Source: an uncultured Desulfosarcina sp.
GTDB lineage: Bacteria > Desulfobacterota > Desulfobacteria > Desulfobacterales > Desulfosarcinaceae
Reading direction: 5' to 3'
Length of the DNA: 64,000 bases
Assembly: GCA_963674945.2 (NCBI GenBank)
Contig: CAXXWQ010000004.1
Span: forward strand, 1,824,001 to 1,888,000
A program made the translations under genes and the position numbers. Position 1 is the stretch's first letter, and each line of letters opens with the position of its first letter. The notes beneath the pieces were generated by a model. The model made no database searches and was not told the origin of the DNA. It saw only the letters and a list, made by a program, of their open reading frames with translations. Positions 8,420 through 18,631 of the stretch are shown here, piece by piece.

Positions 8420-8593
8420 CTTTGCATCCTTTTCTTCTTACAAACGCCTTATTATGTCCTGACGTCTAAGGAAATCATTCATCAATACAAATTTGTGCTC
8501 ATATAGAAATGACCAATTTGCCCGATACCGGCCTTGATCTCGACCCAATTTTCCTATTTCTGAATAGACACAAATGAAAAAAGACTTTTTTTG

Positions 8594-8692
8594 TAAAAAG
8601 CTTTTCCCATTCAACTCATCGGCAAAACAATGGAAAAATGAGTTCCTGAATATATCGTTGTTTGGCCATACTTGGCCGGGAAAAGCTTTTTA
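8594..8692 (-). repeat. Dispersed structured intergenic element, copy A
   Basis: 15-bp perfect terminal IR TAAAAAGCTTTTCCC; the reverse complement closely matches 56037-56135. Confidence 0.8.
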
Positions 8693-10423
8693 TCCACGAA
8701 TCACCCGGGGCGTCAGCATCTGGTGATGGGGACAGATGGATTTTGGATTCTGGTAAGCACAACCGGCGAAGGCCACAAGATAGCGTCGGATGTCGGACAT
8801 GGTGACAACCTCGTCCACAAAACCTTTTCTCGCACAGTATTCAGGCCGGGAATTGTCATGGTAGGACTTGGCCATGTCGTTCATCTTGTCGATTATGGGT
8901 TGAAGCGGTTTTCCGGCGTTCTTCTCCTTCACCAACCGCCGGGAGAAGCTGGCCGCGGCAGCCGTCTCACCATGCATCACATAGATCTCCGTCGTCGGCA
9001 CACCCAGGGTCAATGCGTTTTGCCGGTTGGCCACAGGCCCGCCCATCACATAGTGAGCGGCGGCCGTCCCCTTGCGAAGCACGACCAGCAGCTGGGGGAC
9101 GTCGGTGGCCTGTATGGAGTAGATCAAGGACTGCCCCAGTCCAAGCAATTCCGCTTTCTCGGCGATATCCCCCACGTCGATACCGGTGGTATCCTGAAAC
9201 CAGACGATGGGTACCCGGTCGCGGCCGCAAAGGGTGACGAACTCGTTCATTTTAATCAAACCCTGCCGGTAGAGTTTCCCGCCGATGCCGGGATAATCGG
9301 CATATTCGGGGTAGTCCTCCCCCAGCCACCCCTGGCGGTTGCCGATCACCCCCATGAGAAATCCATCGATCTTCACCAGGCCGGCGTAAATCTCGGGCCC
9401 GTAATCGGGTTTGAACTCGAGATGCTGGCTGCCGTCCACGATACGCGCCAGGACCTGATCGAAATCGTACATCTGCTTCTGGTTGAAGGGAACGAGGCGG
9501 TAGAGGTCTTCGGACGGAAAAAGCGGTGCTTTGGATTCGGCCACGCGGAAGAATTCGGGGCCGTATGCCGGCATATTCTTCATGTAGGCCTTTATGGCAT
9601 CGATCACCTGGGTCTCTTCATCATAGACATGCCGGAAAAAGCCGGTGTGATCGTGGTGAACATCCGGCGCTCCCGGTGGTTTGGCCTTGTACTGGGTCGC
9701 CGCATGAATCAGGGCTTCGGCGCCTTCCAGGTCGAAGAATCCCTTTGGGGACATGCCGCTCAAAATGCCCCCACCTCCAACGGCCATGTTGCAATCCTTA
9801 TGGGCAAATAGAATCGTCGGACTGATGGCCTGGTAGCCGCCGCCCGCCGGATTGGTTCCGTAAATGGCGGCCAATATGGGGACACCGGCCTGATTCAGCT
9901 CCGCGTGGCGAAAAAACGTAGTGCCGCCGCCACGGCGATTGGCGTAAAACTTCTCCTGCTCCGGCAATTTCACCCCGGAACACTGGACCAGCCATATCAA
10001 TGGAATATTCAGTCGCTTGGAGAGGTCTGTGACACGCAGAATGTTCTCGTATTGGCCGGGCAGCCAGGCGCCGGCCATCACCTTGTTGTCGAATCCGATG
10101 ACAACGGCCCATTTTCCGGAGATCTTTCCGATGCCGTCCACAACGTTCGTGGTTCCCTCCGGGTTCTCTTCCGGATTGTACAGGGTATGAAGAGGATGCC
10201 ATGTGCCGGGATCGACGAGGTGGTTCAATCGTTGCCAGACGGTCAACTGCCCCCGGGCATTGATCTTTTCTTCCGAAAAACCAGCCGCCTGGACGTCATC
10301 CCCAGCCCGTTTCAGCCGATCTTCCACCTCTTTGATTTGTTCGACATTGGCCTCCGCGCTTTTTACCTGTCCCGCATTCATCTCCTGTCCGAAGACCGGC
10401 ATATTTTCAAAATACGGTTTCAT
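8690..10423 (-). CDS. gcdA: Glutaconyl-CoA decarboxylase alpha subunit (carboxyltransferase)
   Basis: GGAGG RBS; MKPYFENMP start, DNKVMAGAW, NRRGGGTTFFRHAELNQ, YGTNPAGGGY, QDTTGIDVG, CPHHQM, all typical of GcdA. Confidence 0.85.
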   Translation of the reverse strand: MKPYFENMPVFGQEMNAGQVKSAEANVEQIKEVEDRLKRAGDDVQAAGFSEEKINARGQLTVWQRLNHLVDPGTWHPLHTLYNPEENPEGTTNVVDGIGKISGKWAVVIGFDNKVMAGAWLPGQYENILRVTDLSKRLNIPLIWLVQCSGVKLPEQEKFYANRRGGGTTFFRHAELNQAGVPILAAIYGTNPAGGGYQAISPTILFAHKDCNMAVGGGGILSGMSPKGFFDLEGAEALIHAATQYKAKPPGAPDVHHDHTGFFRHVYDEETQVIDAIKAYMKNMPAYGPEFFRVAESKAPLFPSEDLYRLVPFNQKQMYDFDQVLARIVDGSQHLEFKPDYGPEIYAGLVKIDGFLMGVIGNRQGWLGEDYPEYADYPGIGGKLYRQGLIKMNEFVTLCGRDRVPIVWFQDTTGIDVGDIAEKAELLGLGQSLIYSIQATDVPQLLVVLRKGTAAAHYVMGGPVANRQNALTLGVPTTEIYVMHGETAAAASFSRRLVKEKNAGKPLQPIIDKMNDMAKSYHDNSRPEYCARKGFVDEVVTMSDIRRYLVAFAGCAYQNPKSICPHHQMLTPRVIRG

Positions 10424-10461
10424 GGCACCTCCCAATCATCGATGGTTCATCATCTGGCCGC

Positions 10462-10854
10462 CTAATCATCCTTGGACCATAGGCCTTTTTCCAATAGCAC
10501 CTCCCGAAGCACCTTCAAAGCGGTGTTGACAGCTGGGACACCACCATAGGCCAAGGTCTGAAAAATCACCTCAGCGATCTCTTCGGACGTGCAGCCCACA
10601 TTCAATGCCGCTTGAATGTGAAGCTTGAGCTCATCTTTGTATCCCAGAACCGTAAGTGCCGCAACCGTAACCAGTTGCCGCGTGGGATGGGAGATTTTCT
10701 CCCTGCCATACAATCGCCCGGTGATGAACAAAGAAAGCTCCTTTCCCAATTCAGGGTCAAAAGCACACCACAGGTCATAGGGTTTCTCTTCGGTAACCCC
10801 TTTGAAGTAGAGCGCTGCGGTTTCCCGGGTCTTTTTTTTGAGATCTTTGTCCAT
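10462..10854 (-). CDS. Carboxymuconolactone decarboxylase (CMD/AhpD-like) family protein
   Basis: TRQLVTVAAL..ELKLHIQAALNVG.T.EEIAEVI...YGGVP. Confidence 0.85.
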   Translation of the reverse strand: MDKDLKKKTRETAALYFKGVTEEKPYDLWCAFDPELGKELSLFITGRLYGREKISHPTRQLVTVAALTVLGYKDELKLHIQAALNVGCTSEEIAEVIFQTLAYGGVPAVNTALKVLREVLLEKGLWSKDD

Positions 10855-10955
10855 TGCAGAATCTCCAACATTGGTAGGTCAATCTTGAGATGTCGGACCG
10901 CCGACCGGTCAGCGATAAAGATGATGTGAAATGGCGGTTCGTATGACCTGACTTA

Positions 10956-11089
10956 AGCGATTAGCTATTAGCGGTTAGCCATTATCAAAATGATTTCAAA
11001 AAATTACTGAAGTTATGCATATAACCCAACGGGTTGTAATTGAAATCGATAACTGCCCGACATATGAAAGCTAACAGCTAACTGCTCAC
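10956..11089. repeat. Element bounded by inverted heptamer repeats
   Basis: ATTAGCT-ATTAGCG-GTTAGCC on the left, AGCTAAC-AGCTAAC-TGCTCAC on the right, with an AT-rich core. Confidence 0.6.
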
Positions 11090-11144
11090 CTTGAGTATGA
11101 TGTGACTTGTTCTGGAATCGCGACAGTGTTTTTTCCGGGCAAAG

Positions 11145-11858
11145 TCATCCGCCCAGATAGGCGGCTTTTACTTTCGGGTCATCGAGCAATTGCTTCGCAG
11201 GACCTTCCAAAACAACCCTGCCGGTTTCCAATACGTACCCGAAACTGGCGATCTGGAGTGCGGCACGCGCGTTCTGTTCAACCAGCAAAATGGTCATGCC
11301 GCGGCTGTTGAGTTCTTCTATGGTGCCGAGAATATCCCGTACGACAATCGGAGCCAGCCCCATGGAGGGTTCGTCCAGCAACAGTAATTTGGGCCGGGTC
11401 ATCAGTGCCCTGCCGATGGCCAGCATCTGCTGTTCACCGCCGGAAAGCGTACCGGCGATCTGTTTGGCCCGCCGGCCCAAGATGGGGAACATGTCGTACA
11501 CCTGATCTATGCGGTCTTTTATCTCTGCCCTGTTGCGTCGTTTGAAGTAAAGGTATGCGCCAAGTTGAATGTTATCCGCCACGGACATATGGCCGAAAAT
11601 CTGTCGCCCTTCGGCCACCTGGGACAGTCCCAGAGCGACGATTCGGTCGGCCCGCATGTCGGCGATATCTCTGCCGTCGAACACAATCCGGCCGCTCTTG
11701 TTTTTGAGCAATCCGGAGATGGCCTTTAAAAGCGTTGATTTTCCGGCGCCATTGGCACCGATAATGGAGACCACATTTCCGTCCGGCACCTTGATGGAGA
11801 CCTCTTTGATCGCCTGAATGGCGCCGTACCCGGCACTAAATTTCTTTATTTCAAGCAT
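11145..11858 (-). CDS. livF: Branched-chain amino acid-type ABC transporter ATPase (LivF-like)
   Basis: GANGAGKST, LSGGEQQM, LLLDEPS, LLVEQN. Confidence 0.88.
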   Translation of the reverse strand: MLEIKKFSAGYGAIQAIKEVSIKVPDGNVVSIIGANGAGKSTLLKAISGLLKNKSGRIVFDGRDIADMRADRIVALGLSQVAEGRQIFGHMSVADNIQLGAYLYFKRRNRAEIKDRIDQVYDMFPILGRRAKQIAGTLSGGEQQMLAIGRALMTRPKLLLLDEPSMGLAPIVVRDILGTIEELNSRGMTILLVEQNARAALQIASFGYVLETGRVVLEGPAKQLLDDPKVKAAYLGG

Positions 11859-11965
11859 CGTTCTTTTTGGATTGTAACCTGCATAGCAATGCATGGCAAG
11901 GCTAAGGCATTGATACTGGTCCTACCGGCCCGCATGCGGCAATTGTTCACGGTCAAAGGAGAATT

Positions 11966-12751
11966 TCAGCTCTTGCTCTCCCCCAAATAGGCCTCGATGA
12001 CCTTAGGGTTGTTCTGTATTTCCGAAGGCGTTCCTTCGGCGATCTTTTCACCGTAGTTGATCACAGCGATCTCTTCGGAGATATTCATGATCATCTTCAT
12101 GTCATGTTCCACCAGCAACACGGTAATGCCTCGTTCTTTGATCGACCGTATCAGGCTGGCTGCCGCCTCTGTCTCTGTTTCGTTCAGGCCGGCGGCCGGT
12201 TCATCCAGGCAAACCAATTGCGGATCGGTGGCCAGGGCACGACCGATTTCAAGAATTTTTCGTTCCCCCAGCGGCAGACTGTTGGCCATATCATGGCTTT
12301 TGGCGACCAATCCGATGAATTCAAGCAGTTCCATAGCTTCGGATTGCAGCGCCTTCTCCTGCCGTCGCATATGGGGCAGACACAGCCCGCCGCCCAGAAA
12401 CGAGCGGTTGATACGCAGGTGGCGTCCCACCATCACATTTTCGAGGACTGTCATGTTATCGAACAGCTCGACGGTCTGAAAAGACCGCGATATCCCTAAG
12501 GCTGCGATTTCATGGGGTTTCAATCCACTGATCACTTTTCCATTCAGGCTGACCTGCCCTTCGGTCGGGGGAAAGACACCGGTGATGATGTTGAACAGGG
12601 TCGTCTTCCCGGCACCGTTGGGACCGATAACGGCCTTGATGGTTCCTCTGGCGACCTGCAGGTTGATGTTCATCAGCGCCGTCAGACCGCCGAAGGTCAT
12701 GACCAGCTCCTCGATCTCCAACAAAGCCGGTTCGCTCTGACGGATGGTCAT
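11966..12751 (-). CDS. livG: ABC transporter ATPase (LivG-like)
   Basis: GPNGAGKTT, LDEPAAG, LLVEHDM. Confidence 0.88.
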   Translation of the reverse strand: MTIRQSEPALLEIEELVMTFGGLTALMNINLQVARGTIKAVIGPNGAGKTTLFNIITGVFPPTEGQVSLNGKVISGLKPHEIAALGISRSFQTVELFDNMTVLENVMVGRHLRINRSFLGGGLCLPHMRRQEKALQSEAMELLEFIGLVAKSHDMANSLPLGERKILEIGRALATDPQLVCLDEPAAGLNETETEAAASLIRSIKERGITVLLVEHDMKMIMNISEEIAVINYGEKIAEGTPSEIQNNPKVIEAYLGESKS

Positions 12752-12754
12752 CGC

Positions 12755-13708
12755 CTACCTCCTCAATCGCGAAAAAAGCTTGCCCGGAACACTGACCAAG
12801 CCTTCGGGAAGAAAGATGGTGACCAAGAGTAGCACGAGCCCGTAGACAATCACTTCGAACTCTTCGAAATGGTGCAACCATTCGAAGCTGAGAAAGGCGA
12901 TCAGAATGGCGCCGATCACGGCGCCCCAGACATTGTGCATCCCCCCCAGTGCGATCATGATGAGCAACTTGATGGAGAAGAAAAGATCGAAGGTAGAGGG
13001 ACTGATAAAGTTCATATAGTGCGCATACAGGCTGCCGGCCAACGATGCGAGCGCCGCGGAGAAGGCAAATACCATCACCTTGTATCTGGAAATATTGATG
13101 CCCATGGCACCTGCGGCCGAATCGCTGACGTGAATCGCACGCAGGGCGCGACCGGCCGGTGACTGGATCAGATTGACGGTAAAAAGAAAGGCAGCTGCAA
13201 CGATCGCCCAGACAAGGTAGTAGTATTTATTTATCGTATCTAAGGGGTGGCCGAAAAACGTCAGACCGGGAATGCCGATCATACCGTCCGGCCCGCCTGT
13301 CCATTGCATCTCCTCCCTGAAAACGATATTGACGATGATACCGAATGCCAAGGTGGCCATGGCGAGATAGTGCCCCCGCAGCCGCAGGGACGGCATGCCG
13401 ACGGCAACGGCAACCGCCGCGGCCACGGCCGCGGCGATGATCATGCAAAACCAGGGATTCCATCCGTACCGACTGGTCAGGATGCCCGACACGTAGGCGC
13501 CGATGCCGTAAAAGGCGGCGTGACCCAAGGAAATCTGTCCGGCGTACCCCATCAGCAGACTCAGGCCGATGGTGATCAGGCAGTAGATACCGGCAAAGAT
13601 CATCAGATCCGGATAGTGTTCGATGGCCGGAATGTGGGCGGATATCCATGGAAAAAGCAGGATGAACAGCACCCCGCCGGCCATGGGCGCTTTGCGAAAC
13701 GTCAGCAT
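12755..13708 (-). CDS. livM: ABC transporter permease (LivM-like)
   Basis: GYAGQISLGHAAFYGIGAY, RLRGHYLAMATLAF, TGGPDG. Confidence 0.88.
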   Translation of the reverse strand: MLTFRKAPMAGGVLFILLFPWISAHIPAIEHYPDLMIFAGIYCLITIGLSLLMGYAGQISLGHAAFYGIGAYVSGILTSRYGWNPWFCMIIAAAVAAAVAVAVGMPSLRLRGHYLAMATLAFGIIVNIVFREEMQWTGGPDGMIGIPGLTFFGHPLDTINKYYYLVWAIVAAAFLFTVNLIQSPAGRALRAIHVSDSAAGAMGINISRYKVMVFAFSAALASLAGSLYAHYMNFISPSTFDLFFSIKLLIMIALGGMHNVWGAVIGAILIAFLSFEWLHHFEEFEVIVYGLVLLLVTIFLPEGLVSVPGKLFSRLRR

Positions 13709-13710
13709 CG

Positions 13711-14613
13711 TTAAAACCTTTTGAACTTGGTTACTTCCAAATTTCCCAAAATACCGCTGGGTCGGACAAACAGGACGGCCAGCAGTACAATCAGCGCATA
13801 GGCGTCTTTATATCCGGAAAGCATCAGACCGGCGCCCAGAGACTCAATCAGGCCCAGGATCAAGCCGCCGACAATGGCTCCGGGAAAACTTCCCAAGCCG
13901 CCGAGGATTGCCGCACCGAACCCCTTGACCGCCAACATGGCACCCCGGTCATAATCCATCAATGCGATGGGGGTCATGGTGATACCGGCGATGGCACCGA
14001 TGGCCGCGGAAAGGGCGAAACTGAGCATCACCATCCACCGGACATTGATACCGACCAGTCTGGCCGCATCGGGATTGTCGGCGCAGGCGTTCATTGCCTT
14101 GCCCATGATCGTGCGGTTAAAGAAAAACGTCAGGGCCAGGGCAACCAGGATCAGGAAGCCCACCACCCAAAGCGACTGCGGCTGTATCACCACGCCGCCG
14201 ATATCGATGGGTTCCCGGCCGGAAAAGGCCGGCAGATCGTAAGGGTCTTTTCCCCATACCACCATGGCGATGCCCTTGATAATGATGGAGGCGGCGACCG
14301 TGGCAATGATCAACGTCATGACCGACGGCTGCCGGATGGGACCGATGGCCAACCGGTCAAGCAGTATGCCGGCCACCGTGACAATGGCCATGGTGCCAAT
14401 AAAAGCGACAGGCAACCATAAACCGAGATAGACATGCAGGAAAACCATGATGAGGCCCCCAAGCATCACAAATTCACCTTGGGCCAGATTGATGATCTCG
14501 GTCACGTTATAAATGATATTAAAACCGATGGCGACCATGGAATAGATGGCGCCGACGGTCATCCCGGTGACGATGAATTGCAGCACCTGGTTGGTAAGGG
14601 TTATGGATTCCAT
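13711..14613 (-). CDS. livH: ABC transporter permease (LivH-like)
   Basis: INLAQGEF, AARLVGIN, ILGGLGS, VRPSGILG. Confidence 0.88.
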   Translation of the reverse strand: MESITLTNQVLQFIVTGMTVGAIYSMVAIGFNIIYNVTEIINLAQGEFVMLGGLIMVFLHVYLGLWLPVAFIGTMAIVTVAGILLDRLAIGPIRQPSVMTLIIATVAASIIIKGIAMVVWGKDPYDLPAFSGREPIDIGGVVIQPQSLWVVGFLILVALALTFFFNRTIMGKAMNACADNPDAARLVGINVRWMVMLSFALSAAIGAIAGITMTPIALMDYDRGAMLAVKGFGAAILGGLGSFPGAIVGGLILGLIESLGAGLMLSGYKDAYALIVLLAVLFVRPSGILGNLEVTKFKRF

Positions 14614-14630
14614 TTGTGTTAAGGTGAAAG

Positions 14631-14661
14631 CAAGGGTGGCGAAACATTTCCGCCACCCTTG
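14631..14661. promoter_or_regulatory. Intergenic hairpin after the binding-protein gene (mRNA stabiliser/partial terminator)
   Basis: CAAGGGTGGCG-AAACATTTC-CGCCACCCTTG, an 11-bp stem. Confidence 0.6.
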
Positions 14662-14709
14662 TTTGTCATCGTTCTCCCGTTTGTCGTCAGTGTGCCGAAT
14701 TTACGTCAA

Positions 14710-15867
14710 CTAATCAGCCAGGGCCCAATCGCCGTCTTTCACGACCACCATCTGAAAAGACTCCTTGGTCAGACCATTGTGATCGTCGGCCGAGAAGTTG
14801 AAGACACCATGCTGTCCGACAAAGTTCTTTTTGTTTTCCAGATAATCGCGGATTTTGGCCTTGTCGGGCCCAACGGCCTTGATGGCATCGACCAGCAAAT
14901 AGAGGGCATCCCATGCGTGCCCGCCAAAGGAGCTAAGCTGCTCATTGTACTTGGCCATATAGGATTTCATGTAACCCATGGTGACCTGCTTCTGGGGATG
15001 ATCGGCAGGCAGGATTTCGGCGATATTGCATGCGCCCAAAGGACAATAGACGCCTTCGGCGGCACCGGCGGCCAGTTCGATGTTTTTCCGGCTGCCGAAA
15101 CCGTGGCTTTGATAGAAGGGAATTTTGTCCATACCCAGATCACGCCAGTTGCGTACCACCGTGACCTGGGTAGGGCCCACAGACCAGTTGATAATGGCCT
15201 GGGGCGCGAGTCCTTTGATCTTGGTCAACTGCGTGGTCATGTCCGTGTCCTTGGGATCGTATTTCTCATCGGCAAGGATCTCGATCTTATATTCCGGTGC
15301 CAGACGCAACAGTTCCTGACGACCACTGGCACCGAAACCATCCGTAACAGACATGATGGCGACTTTGCTGATTCCCTTCTTCTGCATTCGTGCATAAATG
15401 GCTTCCACTGCCAAGCTGTCCGACTGGGGAGTCTTGAAGATCCACGGATAGGGTTTTCCCGTCGCCTCGTTATGGACGATCTTGTAGCTTGCCGCACATG
15501 AAATGAGCGGGGTCTTGGACTTTTCGAACACCGGTATGACGGCAAGACTCAGACCGCTTGCTGTGGGGCCGATCACCGCAATCACCTTGTCCTGGTTGAT
15601 CAGCTTTTTGGCATACAGGTTACATTTCGTGGCATTCGTCTCGTCATCATAAACAATCAATTGAATCTTCTCACCGTTGATGCCGCCGGCCTCGTTTACC
15701 GCTTCCACCACCATTTCAGCGGTCTTCTTTTCCGGATCCCCCAAAAAGGATGCAGGGCCGGTAACCGAGAAGATCGCGCCGATTTTAATCTCCGCCAACG
15801 CCGGTTGGATGGAAAATCCGCAAACCACAATACAAGCCAGAAGAACAACTGCAACTCTTTTCACCAT
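14710..15867 (-). CDS. ABC transporter substrate-binding protein (LivJ/K superfamily)
   Basis: Signal peptide, IKIGAIFSVTGPASFLG, AAGGAGG RBS. Confidence 0.88.
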   Translation of the reverse strand: MVKRVAVVLLACIVVCGFSIQPALAEIKIGAIFSVTGPASFLGDPEKKTAEMVVEAVNEAGGINGEKIQLIVYDDETNATKCNLYAKKLINQDKVIAVIGPTASGLSLAVIPVFEKSKTPLISCAASYKIVHNEATGKPYPWIFKTPQSDSLAVEAIYARMQKKGISKVAIMSVTDGFGASGRQELLRLAPEYKIEILADEKYDPKDTDMTTQLTKIKGLAPQAIINWSVGPTQVTVVRNWRDLGMDKIPFYQSHGFGSRKNIELAAGAAEGVYCPLGACNIAEILPADHPQKQVTMGYMKSYMAKYNEQLSSFGGHAWDALYLLVDAIKAVGPDKAKIRDYLENKKNFVGQHGVFNFSADDHNGLTKESFQMVVVKDGDWALAD

Positions 15868-15981
15868 CGTAGACCTCCTTGATTGTCAATACAAGATGCC
15901 GCGCCGTTTTGTAACGGACGGCGCCATTACAATACCAAACCATAAGCTACCCAACTTTTCTCCCATTACAGACAAGCGGCA

Positions 15982-16491
15982 TTACTTATCCGCCGTATCG
16001 GCTCTTTTGCGAAGGGTTTCTTCAAAAACCTTGAAAAACCGGTTCCGATCCTTCCAACCGTACCCGAACCGTTTATCAAACAGATGGCCTAGTTTATGAA
16101 ACAGCTTGTCCCATACCGGTTTATTCCCGCCAAGCACAACATCGGCAAGATAGTCGTCCAATTCACTCATCTTCTCTTTGGGTAAAAAACTGACCGCTCC
16201 AAGACGAATGGATTGCTCGAGCACTTCAGGTGTCAGGGCATAGGCGGTCAGCATCACGGTGGGAAAGCCGCGTTTTACCGATATCTTCAATAACTCGAAA
16301 CCATCCACACCCATGATATCCAAAATGACGATATCATATGTAAAGCTCATGAGGTACTGGCGGGCTGTTTCGAAGTCACGGGCTTTCGTGACCAGGCAAC
16401 ATTCCAGAAGATCCTCTACCGTGTCGAGCACATCGGGCTCATCGTCCACAACCAGAACGACCTTGTCTTTGAGGATCTTTGCAGTATCCAT
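15982..16491 (-). CDS. Receiver-domain response regulator
   Basis: VLVVDDE, ILDIMG, MLTA, FLPK. Confidence 0.88.
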   Translation of the reverse strand: MDTAKILKDKVVLVVDDEPDVLDTVEDLLECCLVTKARDFETARQYLMSFTYDIVILDIMGVDGFELLKISVKRGFPTVMLTAYALTPEVLEQSIRLGAVSFLPKEKMSELDDYLADVVLGGNKPVWDKLFHKLGHLFDKRFGYGWKDRNRFFKVFEETLRKRADTADK

Positions 16492-16778
16492 TTGTTCAAA
16501 CTCCCGTCAAATGGTCATTTTGCCTGGGTGACACAAACGTAGCGGTTAAAAAGGGTGTAACGCAATTAGAGGACATAGTCAACGACCACCCGCATAGCGT
16601 CCGGCCATCATTCGGGTGTCCCAAAGCATGGTAATGCTGTATCGTTCGGGTTGGTTCCGGAAGCAAAGCACCTATTTTGAAAACAAACGATCCATCACTG
16701 CCGAGAGAATATCAAGGGAATCCAAGGGAATCATCAAATTCGAATCTGTTACAACCATTGTTGCGCGTGCCTTCCGCT

Positions 16779-16814
16779 AAAAAAAGGCCCCTACCACATA
16801 GACGTGGAGGGGCC
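16779..16814 (-). terminator. Intrinsic terminator of the alpha operon
   Basis: GGCCCCTCCAC..GTGGTAGGGGCC followed by a T run on the minus strand. Confidence 0.85.
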
Positions 16815-16839
16815 AGAAAGATGACAAGACACTGTTATT

Positions 16840-17523
16840 TTATTCTTTTTTAGTTTCTTCGTCTTCCGACGCGGATGTTTCATCCGATTCGGCTGTGTCC
16901 CCACTTTCGGTTTCCGCTGCGGTGACGGCTTCCGTGTCCGCTGCCGCCTCCACGGACTCATGCTCATCACCCGCTGCAGCTTCCGCGGATTGCGCATCAT
17001 CATCACGTTGCGCTTCGACAGCCGCATCCTCATCTGCTTCCGCCTGTACCGGTTCGGCTGGCGTCTCCGTCTCGGCAGTCACATCCGGGGCTGGTGTTGT
17101 TTCGGCATCGGGCTGCTTGGTTTTTTCGACAGATGGTTTTGCCTTTTTCCTGGTCTTTTTCTCTTCTTCGGATCCGATGAGTTCGATCAGGGTCAGCGCT
17201 GCGGCGTCACCGGAACGGTGCCCGATTCGTATGATTCGCGTGTATCCACCGTTTCTGGAACCGAATCGCTCGGGCGCCTCATCGAAAATCTTGTGAACGA
17301 CATCTTTTTCACGAACGATGGACATGGCCATGCGTCTGGCGTGCAGGTCGCCTCTTTTGGCCAGTGTAATGATGTGGTCGGCCCAACGACGCAGCTCTTT
17401 GGCTTTGGCTTCAGTTGTCTTAATGCGGTCGTGTTTGAGCAAGGAGGTAACCATGTTCCTGAACATCGCCTGCCTGTGGCTCGTCGTCCGATTGAGTTTG
17501 ACACCGCTTTTTCTATGTCTCAT
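16840..17523 (-). CDS. rplQ: 50S ribosomal protein L17 with long acidic C-terminal extension
   Basis: [28 protein letters not shown]. Confidence 0.97.
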   Translation of the reverse strand: MRHRKSGVKLNRTTSHRQAMFRNMVTSLLKHDRIKTTEAKAKELRRWADHIITLAKRGDLHARRMAMSIVREKDVVHKIFDEAPERFGSRNGGYTRIIRIGHRSGDAAALTLIELIGSEEEKKTRKKAKPSVEKTKQPDAETTPAPDVTAETETPAEPVQAEADEDAAVEAQRDDDAQSAEAAAGDEHESVEAAADTEAVTAAETESGDTAESDETSASEDEETKKE

Positions 17524-17530
17524 TGAACGT

Positions 17531-18550
17531 TTACTCCCCTTCTTCGACTATTTCTTCAGGTGGAATGAAGTTTTCGAGCTTCATTCCCAACGAGAGACCC
17601 ATCTCTGACAAGACTTCCTTGATTTCGTTCAATGATTTTCGGCCGAAATTTTTGGTCTTGAGCATCTCGTTTTCGGTTTTCTGAACAAGCTGATAAATTT
17701 TCAAAATCTCGGCATTCTTGAGGCAATTGGCACTTCGAACCGAAAGTTCCAACTCTTCAACGCTTCGATAGAGATTGTCGTTAATTGCCGGTTTTTCGGT
17801 TTCGTCTTCGCTTCGGTCCAATTGGGGTTCGGCGTCTTCATCGAAATTGATGAAAATGCTCAACTGCTCTTTCAGAATCTTCGAGCTATAAGCAACGGCA
17901 TCTTCGGGAGCCACGCTTCCGTCCGTCCAGACCTCGAGCGTCAATTTGTCGTAATCCGTGCGTTGCCCCACACGCGCGTTACCAACCACATAATTCACAC
18001 GCCGAATGGGAGAGAAAACAGCGTCGATGGGAATGGTCCCAACGGGTGCGTCTTCATCCTTGTTCGCCTCGGCCAGTGCGTATCCCTTGCCTACTTTGAC
18101 AACCATGGTCATTTTCAGGCTGCCGTCACTGGTAAGCGTCGCAATATGATGGTCCGGGTTCAAGACTTCCACATGCCCATCTTCGCTCACGATGTCCCCG
18201 GCCTTCACGTCTCCCTCACCGGAAGTGTCGACGTGGATGGTTCTCGGAGTGGCATCATCCATCTTCAGACGAACCTCCTTGAGGTTTAAAATGATCTCGG
18301 AGACGTCTTCGATGACACCGGGAATAACACTGAACTCATGTTCTACGGATTCGAAACGCACGGAAACGATCGCAGCACCGTATAAAGAAGAAAGAATGGT
18401 TCTTCTCAATGAGTTTCCCAATGTTGTCCCGAACCCTCTTTCCAAAGGTTCGCATACGAACTTTCCATATTCATCGGTACTGCTGACATGAACCTTGTCG
18501 GATTTGATCATGTCACGCCAGTTCATGTACATAAGTTCGTTATTAACCAT
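17531..18550 (-). CDS. rpoA: RNA polymerase alpha subunit
   Basis: [34 protein letters not shown]. Confidence 0.98.
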   Translation of the reverse strand: MVNNELMYMNWRDMIKSDKVHVSSTDEYGKFVCEPLERGFGTTLGNSLRRTILSSLYGAAIVSVRFESVEHEFSVIPGVIEDVSEIILNLKEVRLKMDDATPRTIHVDTSGEGDVKAGDIVSEDGHVEVLNPDHHIATLTSDGSLKMTMVVKVGKGYALAEANKDEDAPVGTIPIDAVFSPIRRVNYVVGNARVGQRTDYDKLTLEVWTDGSVAPEDAVAYSSKILKEQLSIFINFDEDAEPQLDRSEDETEKPAINDNLYRSVEELELSVRSANCLKNAEILKIYQLVQKTENEMLKTKNFGRKSLNEIKEVLSEMGLSLGMKLENFIPPEEIVEEGE

Positions 18551-18631
18551 TACATTTTCTCCATAAAGGCTAAAGAATCGATGCAGAGTTTCTCTTCAAC
18601 GATAGATTGGTTCAGATGTGAGCCATTTGCC

